A stretch of DNA of 62,954 nucleotides, counting the filler, from Globobulimina sp. (lineage: Eukaryota), in assembly GCA_003354225.1 (NCBI GenBank). It is 56 parts of 56 records of this genome, joined end to end, with 100 filler letters (N's around TTAATTAATTAA, not from the genome) between each part and the next. Parts side by side here need not be neighbours in the genome. Positions count along the whole stretch, not along the records: positions 23,659 to 24,684 come from PIVH01025453.1; positions 24,785 to 25,810 come from PIVH01025454.1; positions 25,911 to 26,936 come from PIVH01025455.1; positions 27,037 to 28,062 come from PIVH01025456.1; positions 28,163 to 29,188 come from PIVH01025457.1; positions 29,289 to 30,314 come from PIVH01025458.1; positions 30,415 to 31,440 come from PIVH01025459.1; positions 31,541 to 32,566 come from PIVH01025460.1; 48 more parts are not named here. The stretch is one strand, 5' to 3'. The notes under the pieces are model-generated. The model searched no databases. It saw nothing but the letters and a program-made list of their open reading frames with translations, and was not told where the DNA came from. Positions 24,173-36,821 of this stretch are shown in pieces (the first letter of the stretch is position 1; each line of letters opens with the position of its first letter). Position numbers and translations under genes: made by a program.

Positions 24173-24684
24173 GGAATAATGCTCACAATTTTTCTTGCTT
24201 CATTTAGTAATTTATTATTTTTCAGCATTTCTAGCGCCAATTTATTTATTTCAATATCAATAGAACTAATAATTTTCTCAGTTTTATCATTAACGTTTTT
24301 AGTAACTATAGTATTCACTTTATTAGCCTCGCTCAGAGCGATTCGGCGAACTGCAATATCAATTTTTTTATCAATATCCGAAATGATCTTTGTAGTATAT
24401 TTTTCTGATATTCCTGATATATCAATATTAATATAAAAATTAGAAATATTTTTAAGAATAGAATCAACTGTTGAAATTAGAATATTTTCTTTTTTGTTAT
24501 AATCACTAGTAAATGTCGTTTTGTTAAAATCAAATCTTAAGTTACCTGACAATTTGCCATCATCGACACGCAAAATAATTCCTTTATCAACAAATCCTCC
24601 CTCAAGATTTAATTTCCAATCATCAGTTATTATATATTCACTATTAATTATCTTTTGGCTCTTGATAATAAATGATATTTCATA
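24169..24684 (-). CDS. Bacterial hypothetical protein C-terminus, translationally coupled to ygbA
   Basis: ATGA stop/start overlap at 24169..24172. Confidence 0.6.
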   Translation of the reverse strand, partial: YEISFIIKSQKIINSEYIITDDWKLNLEGGFVDKGIILRVDDGKLSGNLRFDFNKTTFTSDYNKKENILISTVDSILKNISNFYINIDISGISEKYTTKIISDIDKKIDIAVRRIALSEANKVNTIVTKNVNDKTEKIISSIDIEINKLALEMLKNNKLLNEARKIVSIIP

Positions 24685-24809
24685 NNNNNNNNNNNNNNNN
24701 NNNNNNNNNNNNNNNNNNNNNNNNNNNNTTAATTAATTAANNNNNNNNNNNNNNNNNNNNNNNNNNNNNNNNNNNNNNNNNNNNTTTGGTTGTTTATTTG
24801 ATGTATCGA

Positions 24810-25430
24810 TCAGTGAGTTATGTGACAAAATTGATAATAGAGCATAACTGATTGTGTATCATGAATGGTTTGCAATGATTCCAATAAATCAGGTAAATGC
24901 AATGGTTTGTTACGTGGGATTTTGTCAGGTACGGAATCTGATGCTTTTTTTGCACCGCTATTCATATTGAATGTAATGGAATTTATTGAAGTTTTCTCGG
25001 TTTTGTTATGATTTGATTCGATGAAAATAGCCAAATATTGTATTTTTGCAAATGTTGCTGCGCATTTAAAATGTTTCTTCAATCCGATAACTTGACCTTT
25101 CTGCAATTTTCTCTTTGAACAACATATAGATTCGTCAGGTTGCAATGATTTGACATCTTCAAAATCTAAGTCTAAATTTTTCAATTTATAAATATGCACT
25201 TGTTTTGGCGGAGATACATCTTCATCACCAACTTCATTGTCATTTAATGCATATAATGTTATTGCATTTAAATTGACAGTTTGTTTAAATTTAATCAACA
25301 CTAACAATTCCTCATCAACATCAGACAATATGTATTTTTTAGAGCTATTTGGATTGTTTGATATGAGGTCTGTGACACTTATTGTTGAGAGTTCTGTATC
25401 AACATTCAAAACATTGATCACATCCACCAT
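24810..25430 (-). CDS. PITH (proteasome-interacting thioredoxin) domain protein
   Basis: SDVDEELLVLIKF.Q.V.L, PKQVHIY, LDFED, LAIFIESN. Confidence 0.8.
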   Translation of the reverse strand: MVDVINVLNVDTELSTISVTDLISNNPNSSKKYILSDVDEELLVLIKFKQTVNLNAITLYALNDNEVGDEDVSPPKQVHIYKLKNLDLDFEDVKSLQPDESICCSKRKLQKGQVIGLKKHFKCAATFAKIQYLAIFIESNHNKTEKTSINSITFNMNSGAKKASDSVPDKIPRNKPLHLPDLLESLQTIHDTQSVMLYYQFCHITH

Positions 25431-25910
25431 ACTTTCACATTACGGTAGCGAGCTGATGAGGAAACACTAAAAACAGCTTAGATAAATCTTTTAGTTGGCC
25501 GGTAAGAGGAAAGTGACCACGATTCATATAGAACAATATCGGTTTTTTCAACTGAATTATAGGTCCGTTATTTAGCATAATGGTCTTGTCATCGTCATCA
25601 AAACCTATAAATACTGCATAGATACAATTAATATTTTTTATTTTATTGCACAGAACCTGTTCAATTTTTCTCCTTAAGGCGATTTTTTTCTACAGCGATT
25701 TGATTCCATAAACATGATCTACAGATGCATACCATACAGAATATAATAACTACAACCGCTTAACCCGTGAACAAGGTGTCATGATAAGCACCCAAAGATG
25801 TTTTCTTACANNNNNNNNNNNNNNNNNNNNNNNNNNNNNNNNNNNNNNNNNNNNTTAATTAATTAANNNNNNNNNNNNNNNNNNNNNNNNNNNNNNNNNN
25901 NNNNNNNNNN

Positions 25911-26936
25911 TATCCCTTGCATGCAATTGAGTTTCAACCAATATCTGAATATAAAACATCAGGGAAGATAACCTTCTTAGATTGGAGTCCGTATGGTTCG
26001 ATGTTAGTTGCTTCGCTAAGGAAAGAAATACAGGACAATAATAGTAAAAAAAGAAAATATGGATATTTTATACAATGTTTTGATTTACATGCGGTATTAG
26101 GGCAATATACAACCGATTGGGATGATTTTGGTGGTGACCATAATAAATATGATTTTGATGTGACTGCATCGTCGGCATCGGCAGCAGTCGCAAATAGCAA
26201 TGGGCATATTAATGAAAATGAGGATGCTAACAATTATAATGCCGACGATGATGACTCAAAAACAAAAATATTTACGTTGCAGGACCATCCCTCGCGTTTA
26301 GTATTTAGTGCGGATGGCAGGTACATATATATGGCGATGGATATTGATCCAAACTCTGAGGAGAATGAAAAAAGAAGACCAGCCTTTTTGGTTTATTTAG
26401 ATTTGACTCAAAATCAATTGCATCGATGTAAGACCGTGGATCGAATCATTGACCACCAAACTGAATTTATCGTCGGTTTAGCAATGAATAATGCGCGTAA
26501 TATTATGGTGGTGGCGACCTCTACGCATCGCAATATTGGAAGAATTATCGCATGGGACATTGAAAAGAATCAAACTCGAATTATTGAAAGAAAAGGGAGT
26601 CGAATAAGTTCCTTATTATTTACCGATGATGATTCGTGGCTCATTATCGGTCGAAATAACGGCAAATTACAATTTTGGAATTCATATAACGAAAATAATA
26701 AGAAATTAAAATCGTATTACAAGCAAAAACTACGGCGGAAAGAGAGAAGAGAAGAAGAAGAGTGCGAAGAAGAGGAAGAGGAGGAATCGGCTGTAGAGGC
26801 AGCGGCGGCAATGAATGAATCAATATGCTTTTTTGAGCTGCAGTACGAAGAAACAATTCATAGCGGGCCGGTATTCAATATAACAACGTCGAACGGCGTA
26901 TTAATATCATCGGCAAAGCCAACAAATTTGGAATAT
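25911..26936 (+). CDS. WD40-repeat protein, partial
   Basis: LDWSPYG, VFSADG, IIAWD, SSLLFTDD..WLIIG..NGKLQFWN. Confidence 0.75.
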
Positions 26937-27036
26937 NNNNNNNNNNNNNNNNNNNNNNNNNNNNNNNNNNNNNNNNNNNNTTAATTAATTAANNNNNNNN
27001 NNNNNNNNNNNNNNNNNNNNNNNNNNNNNNNNNNNN

Positions 27037-27752
27037 TTAATTATTATATCAATTTTGTGTTTAATCATTCTCATTGTTACACTAACAATGAACGATACAA
27101 TTAGCTGCACAGTGGACAATAATGATAGTGCCGATACAGGAATTGATATAAGATGGAAAGACATAAAATTGTCTGCAAATACATTGACAGCCCCAATCTT
27201 CGGAATAACAGAGTCAAATAACTATAAATATCAACATTTGTTAGATATCATAAAAGCAAACGGATTGCAATCAAATAGTACCGAATGGAAAGACACATAT
27301 TATTCATGGTGGAATATTAAAAGATCAATGAAGATGATGTATGGCGTAGCAATCGCAAGTTGTGTGACATTATTTATATCGATAATATATATGTGTTTGC
27401 GTCGAGATGATGGCTTTATTGTTGGTCCCGAGACATCGTTATTTCTCATATCTGCAGTTGTGTGCATCTATGCTGTTATACAATATCTCATCAATGTTTG
27501 GGTCACACTCAAACAACCCAATAAGTCATGGTCAGAGCATGTTCAATTTGGTTGCTCTTTACAATCGTATGTAAATATCTATATATCTGTAATGAAATGA
27601 TCAAAATTCATGCAAATGTGCATATGTTTGTTGATATACAGAGGAGCTATGATGTTGATGACAACAATGATACTGTTATGCATTGGAATTATTCTTTATT
27701 TAATTCGATGGAAGAAAGAGGTTTATATGTTACACAGGGAAGCTGTTCATAA
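27037..27752 (+). CDS. Hypothetical multi-TM protein, probable intron near 27569..27641
   Basis: Three hydrophobic segments; GTATGT donor and ATACAG acceptor. Confidence 0.45.
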
Positions 27753-28162
27753 ACATTTTCATCGGCACAGCAATAGTCAAAATTAAATATTTTTTAATTT
27801 GTTTTATATCGTTTTATCTGTTTTGTATTCTGTTTTGAGCAGTCCATCTTTGTGTTCTCAATATTTCTGTTGTGTTGATAGTTTAATTGTGTTCTTTAGC
27901 CGTTTATATTTTCCACACCGTAGCCAATCTGTAATGCTTGAAAATAATTTAAATAAATAAAAAACTGTATCATCAAAAGTTTTTTAAAATAGCCAAAGCG
28001 AAAAAAAACATTTGCAATAGTATAGAAAAGGTACTAAAAGGAGATTATGGCAGCTCCCAAACNNNNNNNNNNNNNNNNNNNNNNNNNNNNNNNNNNNNNN
28101 NNNNNNTTAATTAATTAANNNNNNNNNNNNNNNNNNNNNNNNNNNNNNNNNNNNNNNNNNNN

Positions 28163-29182
28163 AAATTGATCTAAATTTTTTCGAATTAATAAACCAATCA
28201 ATTGTCTCTGGATATGGTCCTTTGCAATAATTTGTGCATATTCATTTCCTTCATCATCAACAATACAAAATTGGGATGAATAATTATCAGAAAATAAAAT
28301 GCGTATATTTCCGTTCAAATGAATATCAAAACTTTGTTGTTTGTTTTCATAACAATGGATATTTTTTAACATTACATTTATGTCATTTGTTACTGGTGCA
28401 ACTTTAATATGATTTTTTTTTATTGTTATAATTTGAGGAAATGACGATATTTGCGGCATAAACACCCGAAATTGTATATTTTCATTATTTAGTAAATCAT
28501 TACAGCGTCTCTCTAATTTTCCATCCATTAAAATCGGTCCGATCTGAGCAAAGTTGGATATATTTAATTTGTTATCGTTATGTTTACTGTTTTCATCTGC
28601 ATGCGATTGCGATACCCATTGAACGGTTATTTTACTCCCAATATCATCTAAATTTGGATGAAATATATCATTATGTAAGCCCTCAATCCTTTGCATCTCA
28701 CCATTCCTATTTATTCGATACCATATATGTTTGCCTTTGCTGCTACTCAAATATTTTGGTATTCCATCTGCGCGCAATATCGATGTACACAGCCGGCCAC
28801 CGGATATTTTTAACTTTAATTCATCAGTTGCTGCAGCAGCACGTTGATTGCTCATAATTTCTTTGTTTTGACTATTTTGTTGTTGATGATGTTTTTGTAT
28901 CGATTCTATGGATAAAATTGAAGTTGAAGTGGTGGTGCTTGTCGTTTCTGATTGTGTATCAACATCAAATTGCGGTTTGCCTAAAACAATATTTCTTACT
29001 TTGGTTAACCAGTCTGTTGATATCACGGTTGATACAGAATTTGATGGTGATGGAGCATTATGTTTGTATTTGATGGATATTTCCGATGATTCAGAGCTGT
29101 GACTATCATCGCTTGATATTGTTTGTGGAACATTAAACCGTACAGATTTAGATTGTTTGTTCAATCTTTGGTTTCGTCTCAT
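28163..29182 (-). CDS. Protein with AIR9/SCAB-type Ig-like domain followed by PH-like domain, partial
   Basis: WYR...IEG...FHP..DDIGSKITVQ followed by GPI..D and a beta-rich region. Confidence 0.55.
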
Positions 29183-29575
29183 TGTTGANNNNNNNNNNNN
29201 NNNNNNNNNNNNNNNNNNNNNNNNNNNNNNNNTTAATTAATTAANNNNNNNNNNNNNNNNNNNNNNNNNNNNNNNNNNNNNNNNNNNNATTTAGCAATGA
29301 CTATAAAACAAATTTCAAACTTTGTTTGAAATTTATTCTTGACTGGTTACAGAACGCAAATATCGAGATATTCCACTCTTCCACAACACACAGGGCACAC
29401 AGGGAGTAGATCTTTACAGAAACAGTTTATTTATATATAAAGAAAACGTTTCTGAATCGATCAAACCGGAAAATAAAGAACCTGACACTTTGTATCCGGA
29501 AATATATTTTACATAAATAACAAAAATCATTCTTTTACTATGTCAAATCTATCGCAACTTCCATATTGAACATGA

Positions 29576-30313
29576 TTATCTTTTCCAATTTGTAAATAAA
29601 TCCTCACATAAATCTCCTTCCCAAATATTATAAGTTGTTAAATTTCCATTACTTTTATCAATATTTTTACCACCTGGTCTATTACGACCATGTATCATTT
29701 CAAATGGTATAATACGTAATTGTTGTAATGTGAAATTTATGTATCTGGCAGAAACGTGTGGTAAGTTCTTGATTGACCAAACAACATAGCGAATAAGTTT
29801 AAGTAGATCAATTTCTTGTAAATGGCATAGCGATGTCGATCCTATGCGAACGCTATAGGCAGGATAAGATTGTGGGGATTTGATAACTAAAACTTTCGTT
29901 AAATGTTTCATGATATTGGAAAGTTTGGATGGTCGCCAAATTGCTCCATTTGAACCCACAAAGACGTAACATTCCTTGTTAATATTTAAATTTCTCAATC
30001 GTTTCTGAGTTTTTTTAGATTTGGATTTCTTTGAGTATGGGCTCGATAATGATCGCAATTTAGTTATTATCGTTGTTCTCCGCTCCAACAAAATTAAATA
30101 CATCGCATAAAAATCTAACAATTGGCAATGACATTGTTTGTTATGACAAACTGGTGGTGCCATATAAATTAATTTCGGTTCATCCCGAAACTCCTGATTC
30201 TTATACCAATTTATGACAATTTTTAAATATCTCCGATTATAAACTTTTCGAACATTATGTAATGTGATATCGCCCCAACGGAGACCTGTTGTAATGATTT
30301 CCCAGTCCGGATT
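29576..30313 (-). mobile_element. Tyrosine recombinase of a DIRS/Ngaro/Crypton-like element, 5' partial
   Basis: LRWGDI...K.Q, YSVRIGSTS (HxxR box), W and SARYI (catalytic Tyr); intronless. Confidence 0.7.
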
Positions 30314-31154
30314 CNNNNNNNNNNNNNNNNNNNNNNNNNNNNNNNNNNNNNNNNNNNNTTAATTAATTAANNNNNNNNNNNNNNNNNNNNNNNNNNNNNN
30401 NNNNNNNNNNNNNNAGTTGTTTTTGGTTAAGAAATATTAGATTAATCTTTGTTTTTTAATATTTTTTGGTTTACTTTAATCCAAAGGGTAATATGCTAAA
30501 CACGACCCAAGAAAACACGACCCACGACCCAAGATCCACGACCCAGCGCATGATTTAGTCGTTGAACAACAATCGGCGCCCGTGACCCACACAAGATATA
30601 CTGTATCGTTGTCGTCTGACGTGATTATCATACTATAATATTACTGGCGCCACTTTTAAATTGCCAGACAAAAAATTTAAAGATGTAAAAAATTTATTCA
30701 AGTATTACTAAAGTTTATTTTTTAACAGTTGACAAAACATAATTTGCAAATAAGTTTACTTTGAAATAGAAGCAGAAAAAATTGAAAAATATTTACTTAA
30801 TTTACTAATACTGAAGTAAATTATTTACTAATACATAAACAAATAAATGACCAGTTTAACACCGAAATGACTATGGCATACATTATTTTATCACTGTTCA
30901 CTAATACTCAGGCAAATTTACTACGTTTACTAATACATATTTAAAAATGTAACAGTGACCTGTTTGACAACAAACTGAGTTAAATCATAACATTAATCAA
31001 AAGAGAGGAAATATTAAATGTGACATTTCAATAACATTCAAGTAAACTAAATACTACATCATTTGAAAAGTGACCATTTCAACAAACTAATGAATTTAAA
31101 GCCTACATTTAACAAAATTGAACAAAGTTGTATCACTTATCACTGGAATTTAAT

Positions 31155-31440
31155 TTAATGCACCACATTCAATTGTGGTTGGTAAGGAGGAATGGGGTTT
31201 TTTGTCCAATCTACTGTAGCATCTTCAAATTTTGGCTTTCCAAATTGTTCAATTAATAATTGCTCATGGATTGGTTCAAGAATCAAATTGGGATCCATTC
31301 TCAACAAATCATATGAAATGTATGGATACCTATAACACATAATATAAACATACTGTTTGTACTGCAGGGGCTGTACACGCAGTTTGCACTGCAGGGGCTG
31401 TAAACCCAGTTTGTACTGTAGGGGTTGTCCATACTGTTTG
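31155..31440 (-). CDS. Partial protein with 9-aa repeats (QPLQ[YC]K) encoded by a 27-bp tandem repeat x3
   Basis: GTTTGTACTGCAGGGGCTGTACACGCA-like units at 31356..31440, in frame with ORF 31155..31340. Confidence 0.45.
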
Positions 31441-31541
31441 NNNNNNNNNNNNNNNNNNNNNNNNNNNNNNNNNNNNNNNNNNNNTTAATTAATTAANNNN
31501 NNNNNNNNNNNNNNNNNNNNNNNNNNNNNNNNNNNNNNNNT

Positions 31542-32306
31542 ATTCCAACAATTATTCCAACAAATATACCAACAATTATACCAACATACTTACCAACATA
31601 TTTACCAATAATTATACCAACAAATATACCAACAATTATACCAACATATTTACCAACGTATTTACCACCCACATATTCCCCATCAATATATCCAGTCAAT
31701 CAATTTCGTGCTGATTCGGCAAAACAAAATCCAGGATTCATAGCGTTATATATTGCTGGGAGCATGGTATTGCTCTGTGTTTTAATATTTGTTTTCCTCA
31801 TAACATGTAAAATGAAAACATCACAAACCATGGCGGATGAAGTTATTAAAGATGTTGAAATGTTGCCCAACACAGCAATTACTGGTTCCGTTCCTAAATT
31901 GAACTTATTAAAGGTATGCAGTGTATCCTCGGCAACGGACGAGCATGAAAAACCAGTTGATTTTATACAAGTTGATGATGAGCAATTGCAAGAACCTGGA
32001 AATACAACGCCAATTGCTCCGGATCCAGGACTACAACACAATGAGTTGGAAAATTGGTTGAAAACAAAAGTTGAATTACCAGAATATTATAACGTTTTTA
32101 TAGAGAATGGATATGAAAAGTTAACGTTTGTTGCAGAGATTAAAAGCATGCAAGAGCTTTATGAGATTGGTGTTGTTAAAAAAGGCCATCAAAAGAAAAT
32201 CATGGCAGAGATTGGAAAGTTGAGGAGAAATAATGGAAATGATGAAGTTGGAAATTATGGAGTTGAGGGAAGATCAACATTATCCAACACCAAATATATA
32301 TATTGA
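31542..32306 (+). CDS. Type I membrane protein: PT-rich stalk, TM, cytoplasmic SAM domain; 5' partial
   Basis: IPTIIPTNIPT 12-bp repeats in frame with the TM; WL..VELPEYYNVFIENGY...L.EIGV.KKGHQKKI is SAM-like. Confidence 0.85.
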   Translation: MPTIIPTNIPTIIPTYLPTYLPIIIPTNIPTIIPTYLPTYLPPTYSPSIYPVNQFRADSAKQNPGFIALYIAGSMVLLCVLIFVFLITCKMKTSQTMADEVIKDVEMLPNTAITGSVPKLNLLKVCSVSSATDEHEKPVDFIQVDDEQLQEPGNTTPIAPDPGLQHNELENWLKTKVELPEYYNVFIENGYEKLTFVAEIKSMQELYEIGVVKKGHQKKIMAEIGKLRRNNGNDEVGNYGVEGRSTLSNTKYIY

Positions 32307-33881
32307 CAATATTAATATCGCTGTATTTATTGTAGCAAACAATTGTTTGATTTCTTGTTTGTTGCTGCTATGACTGTGTGACCTGTGTTCCCATTAAATG
32401 TTATTCTTTCATACAAGAAGAAGAAGAAGGTTAAAATAAATCTTTTTGTCTAATTTCAGCTGCAGTCTGGCTCTCCGATAAGTACTGATTTTTTCAAAAA
32501 CTTATCAAACAGCTCTCAAAAATGCAATCAGTTCGATAAGTATTTTCATTTTTTTTATATTACAGANNNNNNNNNNNNNNNNNNNNNNNNNNNNNNNNNN
32601 NNNNNNNNNNTTAATTAATTAANNNNNNNNNNNNNNNNNNNNNNNNNNNNNNNNNNNNNNNNNNNNATCGGAATTTTTTTTTTAAGGGAATCATCGGAAT
32701 TATTGTTTTTAATGGAATCATGGGAATTATTTTTTTCACGGAAATCCAAAATCGAAAAAAAGTACTGTTTTTAGGAAATTAAAAGTTTTGAGGAATCAAA
32801 AAAAGCCACACTTACAAAGTTGCATCGTTTCGAAAGTAGTAATATAATAAACAATGTTCAATTGAGGACAACATGACAAGTTTACTGCCATTTGTAATTG
32901 TAGATAAGCAAGCATTAGGATGTGATTATTCATTAGAAATTGGCAGCAGACGTTGTTGGAATTCTACTTTGATTGCAAAAAATTGCGAATTGCAGCTGTT
33001 GTTGGTTCAAAATTTATACACTCAATGGATATATACGGTGTGTCTGCATGAATTCAAATTGTTGCTCATTCCGGAATGGATGATGAAGAATTGAAAATAT
33101 TTCGAATTACTTTCATCATCCTGATGATATCATGGATCTGTCTTTTACTTTTGAGTGACAGGCAACATTTTCACCAACCTATGAAACCTCCGGCGTTTTT
33201 TCCTTTTCCACCGTTTTTGCTGTCATGCTCAAGCCAGTCACCCGCCGCTGCTGTTTCTAGAATGTAAGTAAGTGTTGCTCCCATTTCAAGTTAATTTTCG
33301 AACCTTCCCCTGTAACCAAACGAGTTGTAACACCCCATGCACAGTGACAGGGTCTGCTTTTTATTCAATTTCAATATATTTCCTTTTTCCTATTCTATCA
33401 AATCAAATTTCATTAATCTCACGTATTCCCATTCCCAATTGCTCATATTCCATATTATTCATTTCCAAACCTCGCATATTTGATTTATCTCAAAACAAAA
33501 ATTATTCCCAATTTAAAATTATGCAGATTCGCATTCCAAAACGAGCCATCTCGTTATCTGGTAAAGACCCCACAATCCTCACAAAACCGAAATATTCACC
33601 CAAACCACCCAACAAATCACACTACAAAGCACCAAAACCAAATGGCACTCCTTCCACACACACATCACACAGCTCGCTATCGCAAAAGCGCANNNNNNNN
33701 NNNNNNNNNNNNNNNNNNNNNNNNNNNNNNNNNNNNTTAATTAATTAANNNNNNNNNNNNNNNNNNNNNNNNNNNNNNNNNNNNNNNNNNNNTCATTTCA
33801 AAAAGGTAACAATATAAAAATATCGATAAACAAAATAAAAATATACGACATAAATAAGTTTTTATAATACTAAATAAGTTT

Positions 33882-34818
33882 TTATTTTTGATATAATTTG
33901 ATCCATTCTTCGCTTTGAACAAAGCGGCCTTTTGAGGCATTCATCAATAACATCATTTCATCGATGACCGGATCAAATATATGAACTAATGCCTCACCAT
34001 CAACGTTCCAATTATCCAAAGCATGTTCAACTGCAATAATGGAATAACTCTCCCGCATTTCATAAGATATATTCACTTCAAATTGGGACTTGGTACTCAA
34101 ATATTTATCATATAATTGAATAAATGCGGTCTTGAAATGATGCATAATTTCTTCCCTTTCTGTCATTTCATCCAAAATATATTTATCCCTATTACAAAAA
34201 ATGATACTTGATTTAGGAATATGTGCTCCAAAGTGTTGATACATCACACCATAAATATCTATATCACTCGTACTCATATTACCGGCCTCTGCCTCATTGT
34301 CATTCTTCAGTTTATCATGCAAACTGTATCGAAATTGCTTCATTTCAATATAACTCAACACACATTCAACAGAAAACTCTTTGATTAAATGTCGAATAAA
34401 AGAGCCAACATACACTTCGTTCGCGAATATGTCGCATAATCTGACCGTTTTCGTTTGCGATCCAACAACAATTTTAGACTCTGACTGTATACGTATACGC
34501 AATATTTTTCGCAACACACAATGCTCGCTATTATTTGCCCACATTTTGTCGTTTAATATAATATGAGGGATATACCACGCCGACACAATGCTTACTGCAG
34601 ACAATGAAATTATCCCTAAAACGCCAGTCACTGCAAATGCGATATGCGGCGCCACCAAAAATAAAATCTCATTCAACAAATACAAAATTAATGTGCCAAA
34701 AAAAACAATATTCGTTGTTTTGAATTCATAGTAAAAGAGGAACGAGTCCTGAACCAATGTTTTGTCCCTCAATAAGCGGATAAATAAATATAAGATGAAA
34801 TTGATGGGAATGCCGTAA
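33882..34818 (-). CDS. Transmembrane + RGS domain protein, 5' partial
   Basis: TM helices, then FIRHLIKEFSVECVL..IE, LYDKYL...FEVNIS. Confidence 0.8.
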
Positions 34819-34918
34819 NNNNNNNNNNNNNNNNNNNNNNNNNNNNNNNNNNNNNNNNNNNNTTAATTAATTAANNNNNNNNNNNNNNNNNNNNNNNNNN
34901 NNNNNNNNNNNNNNNNNN

Positions 34919-35944
34919 GTACTTTTGAAGTTGAAGGATAATGATTTGAACGATCCAAAGAGAGGAATGTTTGTTGAAGCTGAAGCGCAAACGGAAGGTA
35001 TTTCTATGGCTCAATTTTATGGTGCAACAGACAATGCTCCAGTTGATTCAGTTCGATTGGCACCAAAGTCATTCCAATACATTCAACGAAGAGATCCAGA
35101 GATTTGCAACGTAATTGCCATTATTCAACAAGGCAAAAGGGATCAACAAGAATTACCCAAACGATACGGTAGATTTGAGATTATTGATGGGTGTTTGTAT
35201 ATTAAACCTGAGAAGACAAAAGGACCTCGACTGTGTGTACCTCAAGAGTTACGTTACCGAACATTAGCAATGGCTCATGATCATAATGGCCACCTGGGAC
35301 AGAAACATATGTATCGTAATTTGGCCAAGTACTACTATTGGGATCGTATGTCAAGAGATGTTAATAACTGGACAAGGCATTGTGAAGTATGTCAATCACA
35401 TAAAAGAATGACACACCCGACCAAACAACCATTAAAATCGATACAACCACCTCATATTCAGGGACCATGGCGACGTGTTGCGGTTGATGCTATTGGACCA
35501 ATGCCAACGACATTGAATGGTAACAAGTATATTATTGCATTTACTGATTATTTTACACGTTTTCCAGTAGCTAAAGCAGTGCCGGACATTACAGCCGAAA
35601 CAACAGCACAAGCTCTACAGGAATGTGTAGTTTCTATGTTTGGACCTCCAGTAGAATTGATTGGTGACCGTGGCTCTAACTTCTTTAATGAGGATTTTAA
35701 GAAGTTGTGTAAGGGATTGGGTATTAAAAAGATGGAAGTGATGCCATACAGACCACAAAGTAATGGATTACAAGAAAGATTCAATGGAACATTAGCAGCC
35801 ATGATCAAAAGCTATACAAGTAACAAAGAGAATGATTGGGACCAGTATTTACATACAGCACTGTTTGCTATTCGAACTATGGTTAGTCCAGCTACAGGAG
35901 AGACACCATATGCATTAATGTTTTGCCGTGATGCACATACACCT
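34919..35944 (+). mobile_element. Ty3/Gypsy LTR retrotransposon integrase (pol fragment)
   Basis: H...GHLG...YYW...C..CQ zinc domain; PW..VAVDAIGP, DYFTRF, GDRGSNF, PQSNGLQERFN DDE core. Confidence 0.95.
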
Positions 35945-36044
35945 NNNNNNNNNNNNNNNNNNNNNNNNNNNNNNNNNNNNNNNNNNNNTTAATTAATTAA
36001 NNNNNNNNNNNNNNNNNNNNNNNNNNNNNNNNNNNNNNNNNNNN

Positions 36045-36821
36045 AACCATATCTTCGTCCACATTGCCGACTGGGATATCTTCGTCGCCTCTCATGTCAT
36101 CATCTTCATCTTCTTGCATTTGAGTCTCGTCATTATCTGTATATTAATTTGTCCGTCAGCAAAACAACAAGTATTCATATTAAATATATATACCTCGTGG
36201 TTCCGCTTTAACTTTAATAGCCTTTTCACCCTTGTTTGTTGATGATGATTTCTTAGAATTATTAATCATTCCTTTTATAGTAATATCACCCGAACCAATA
36301 TCACCATTTACACTAAATTTCACACCATCTTTGCCCACAGCAATAGTCACTGTGTCGCCAATGGCGGCTAAATCGCGGCATATTCTTTGAAATTCACTCG
36401 ATGGCATTCTTATTGTGGTCGCATACACAGTTTCCGGAATACCTAATTGTTCCTGGTCAATATCATTCAATTTCAACTCAAAATTGCTGTATCTTTTACC
36501 ATCGCCAGACTCAAAGATAAAATTTATAGTATCCCCATCATCTCTCGCTTGGATTGATAAGCGGTCCTTCGATGTCATGCATTTTAAGATCTTGTTTAAA
36601 GCACTAAACTGAATTCCTAAACATTGGTCCGTATCACATCGATAACCTTCGAAGCCACTCTCTGTCAATTGCAAGCTCACTAAACTCACATGCGAGGAAT
36701 CCATGCCTTGAAATGATATCATGTTGCTATCCACCATAAAATTGCCTTGTTCCACTAAATCTGATAATGCTGATACAATCTTTTTGAATAATTCGCCATT
36801 TGGTAATGTGCATTCAAACAT
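36045..36821 (-). CDS. PCNA: Proliferating cell nuclear antigen with long loop insertion; intron 36137..36193; 3' partial
   Basis: MDSSHVSLVSL, FEGYRCD, EQLGIPE, MPSSEFQRICRDL. Confidence 0.95.

Noticed and set aside
31493-31699. Minus-strand VGIIVGKY repeat ORF
   Set aside because: It is the reverse complement of the PT-rich stalk that is in frame with the TM-SAM protein.
32667-33692. Short ORFs and a ~27-bp ATCGGAATT repeat
   Set aside because: No coherent coding signal or recognisable element.
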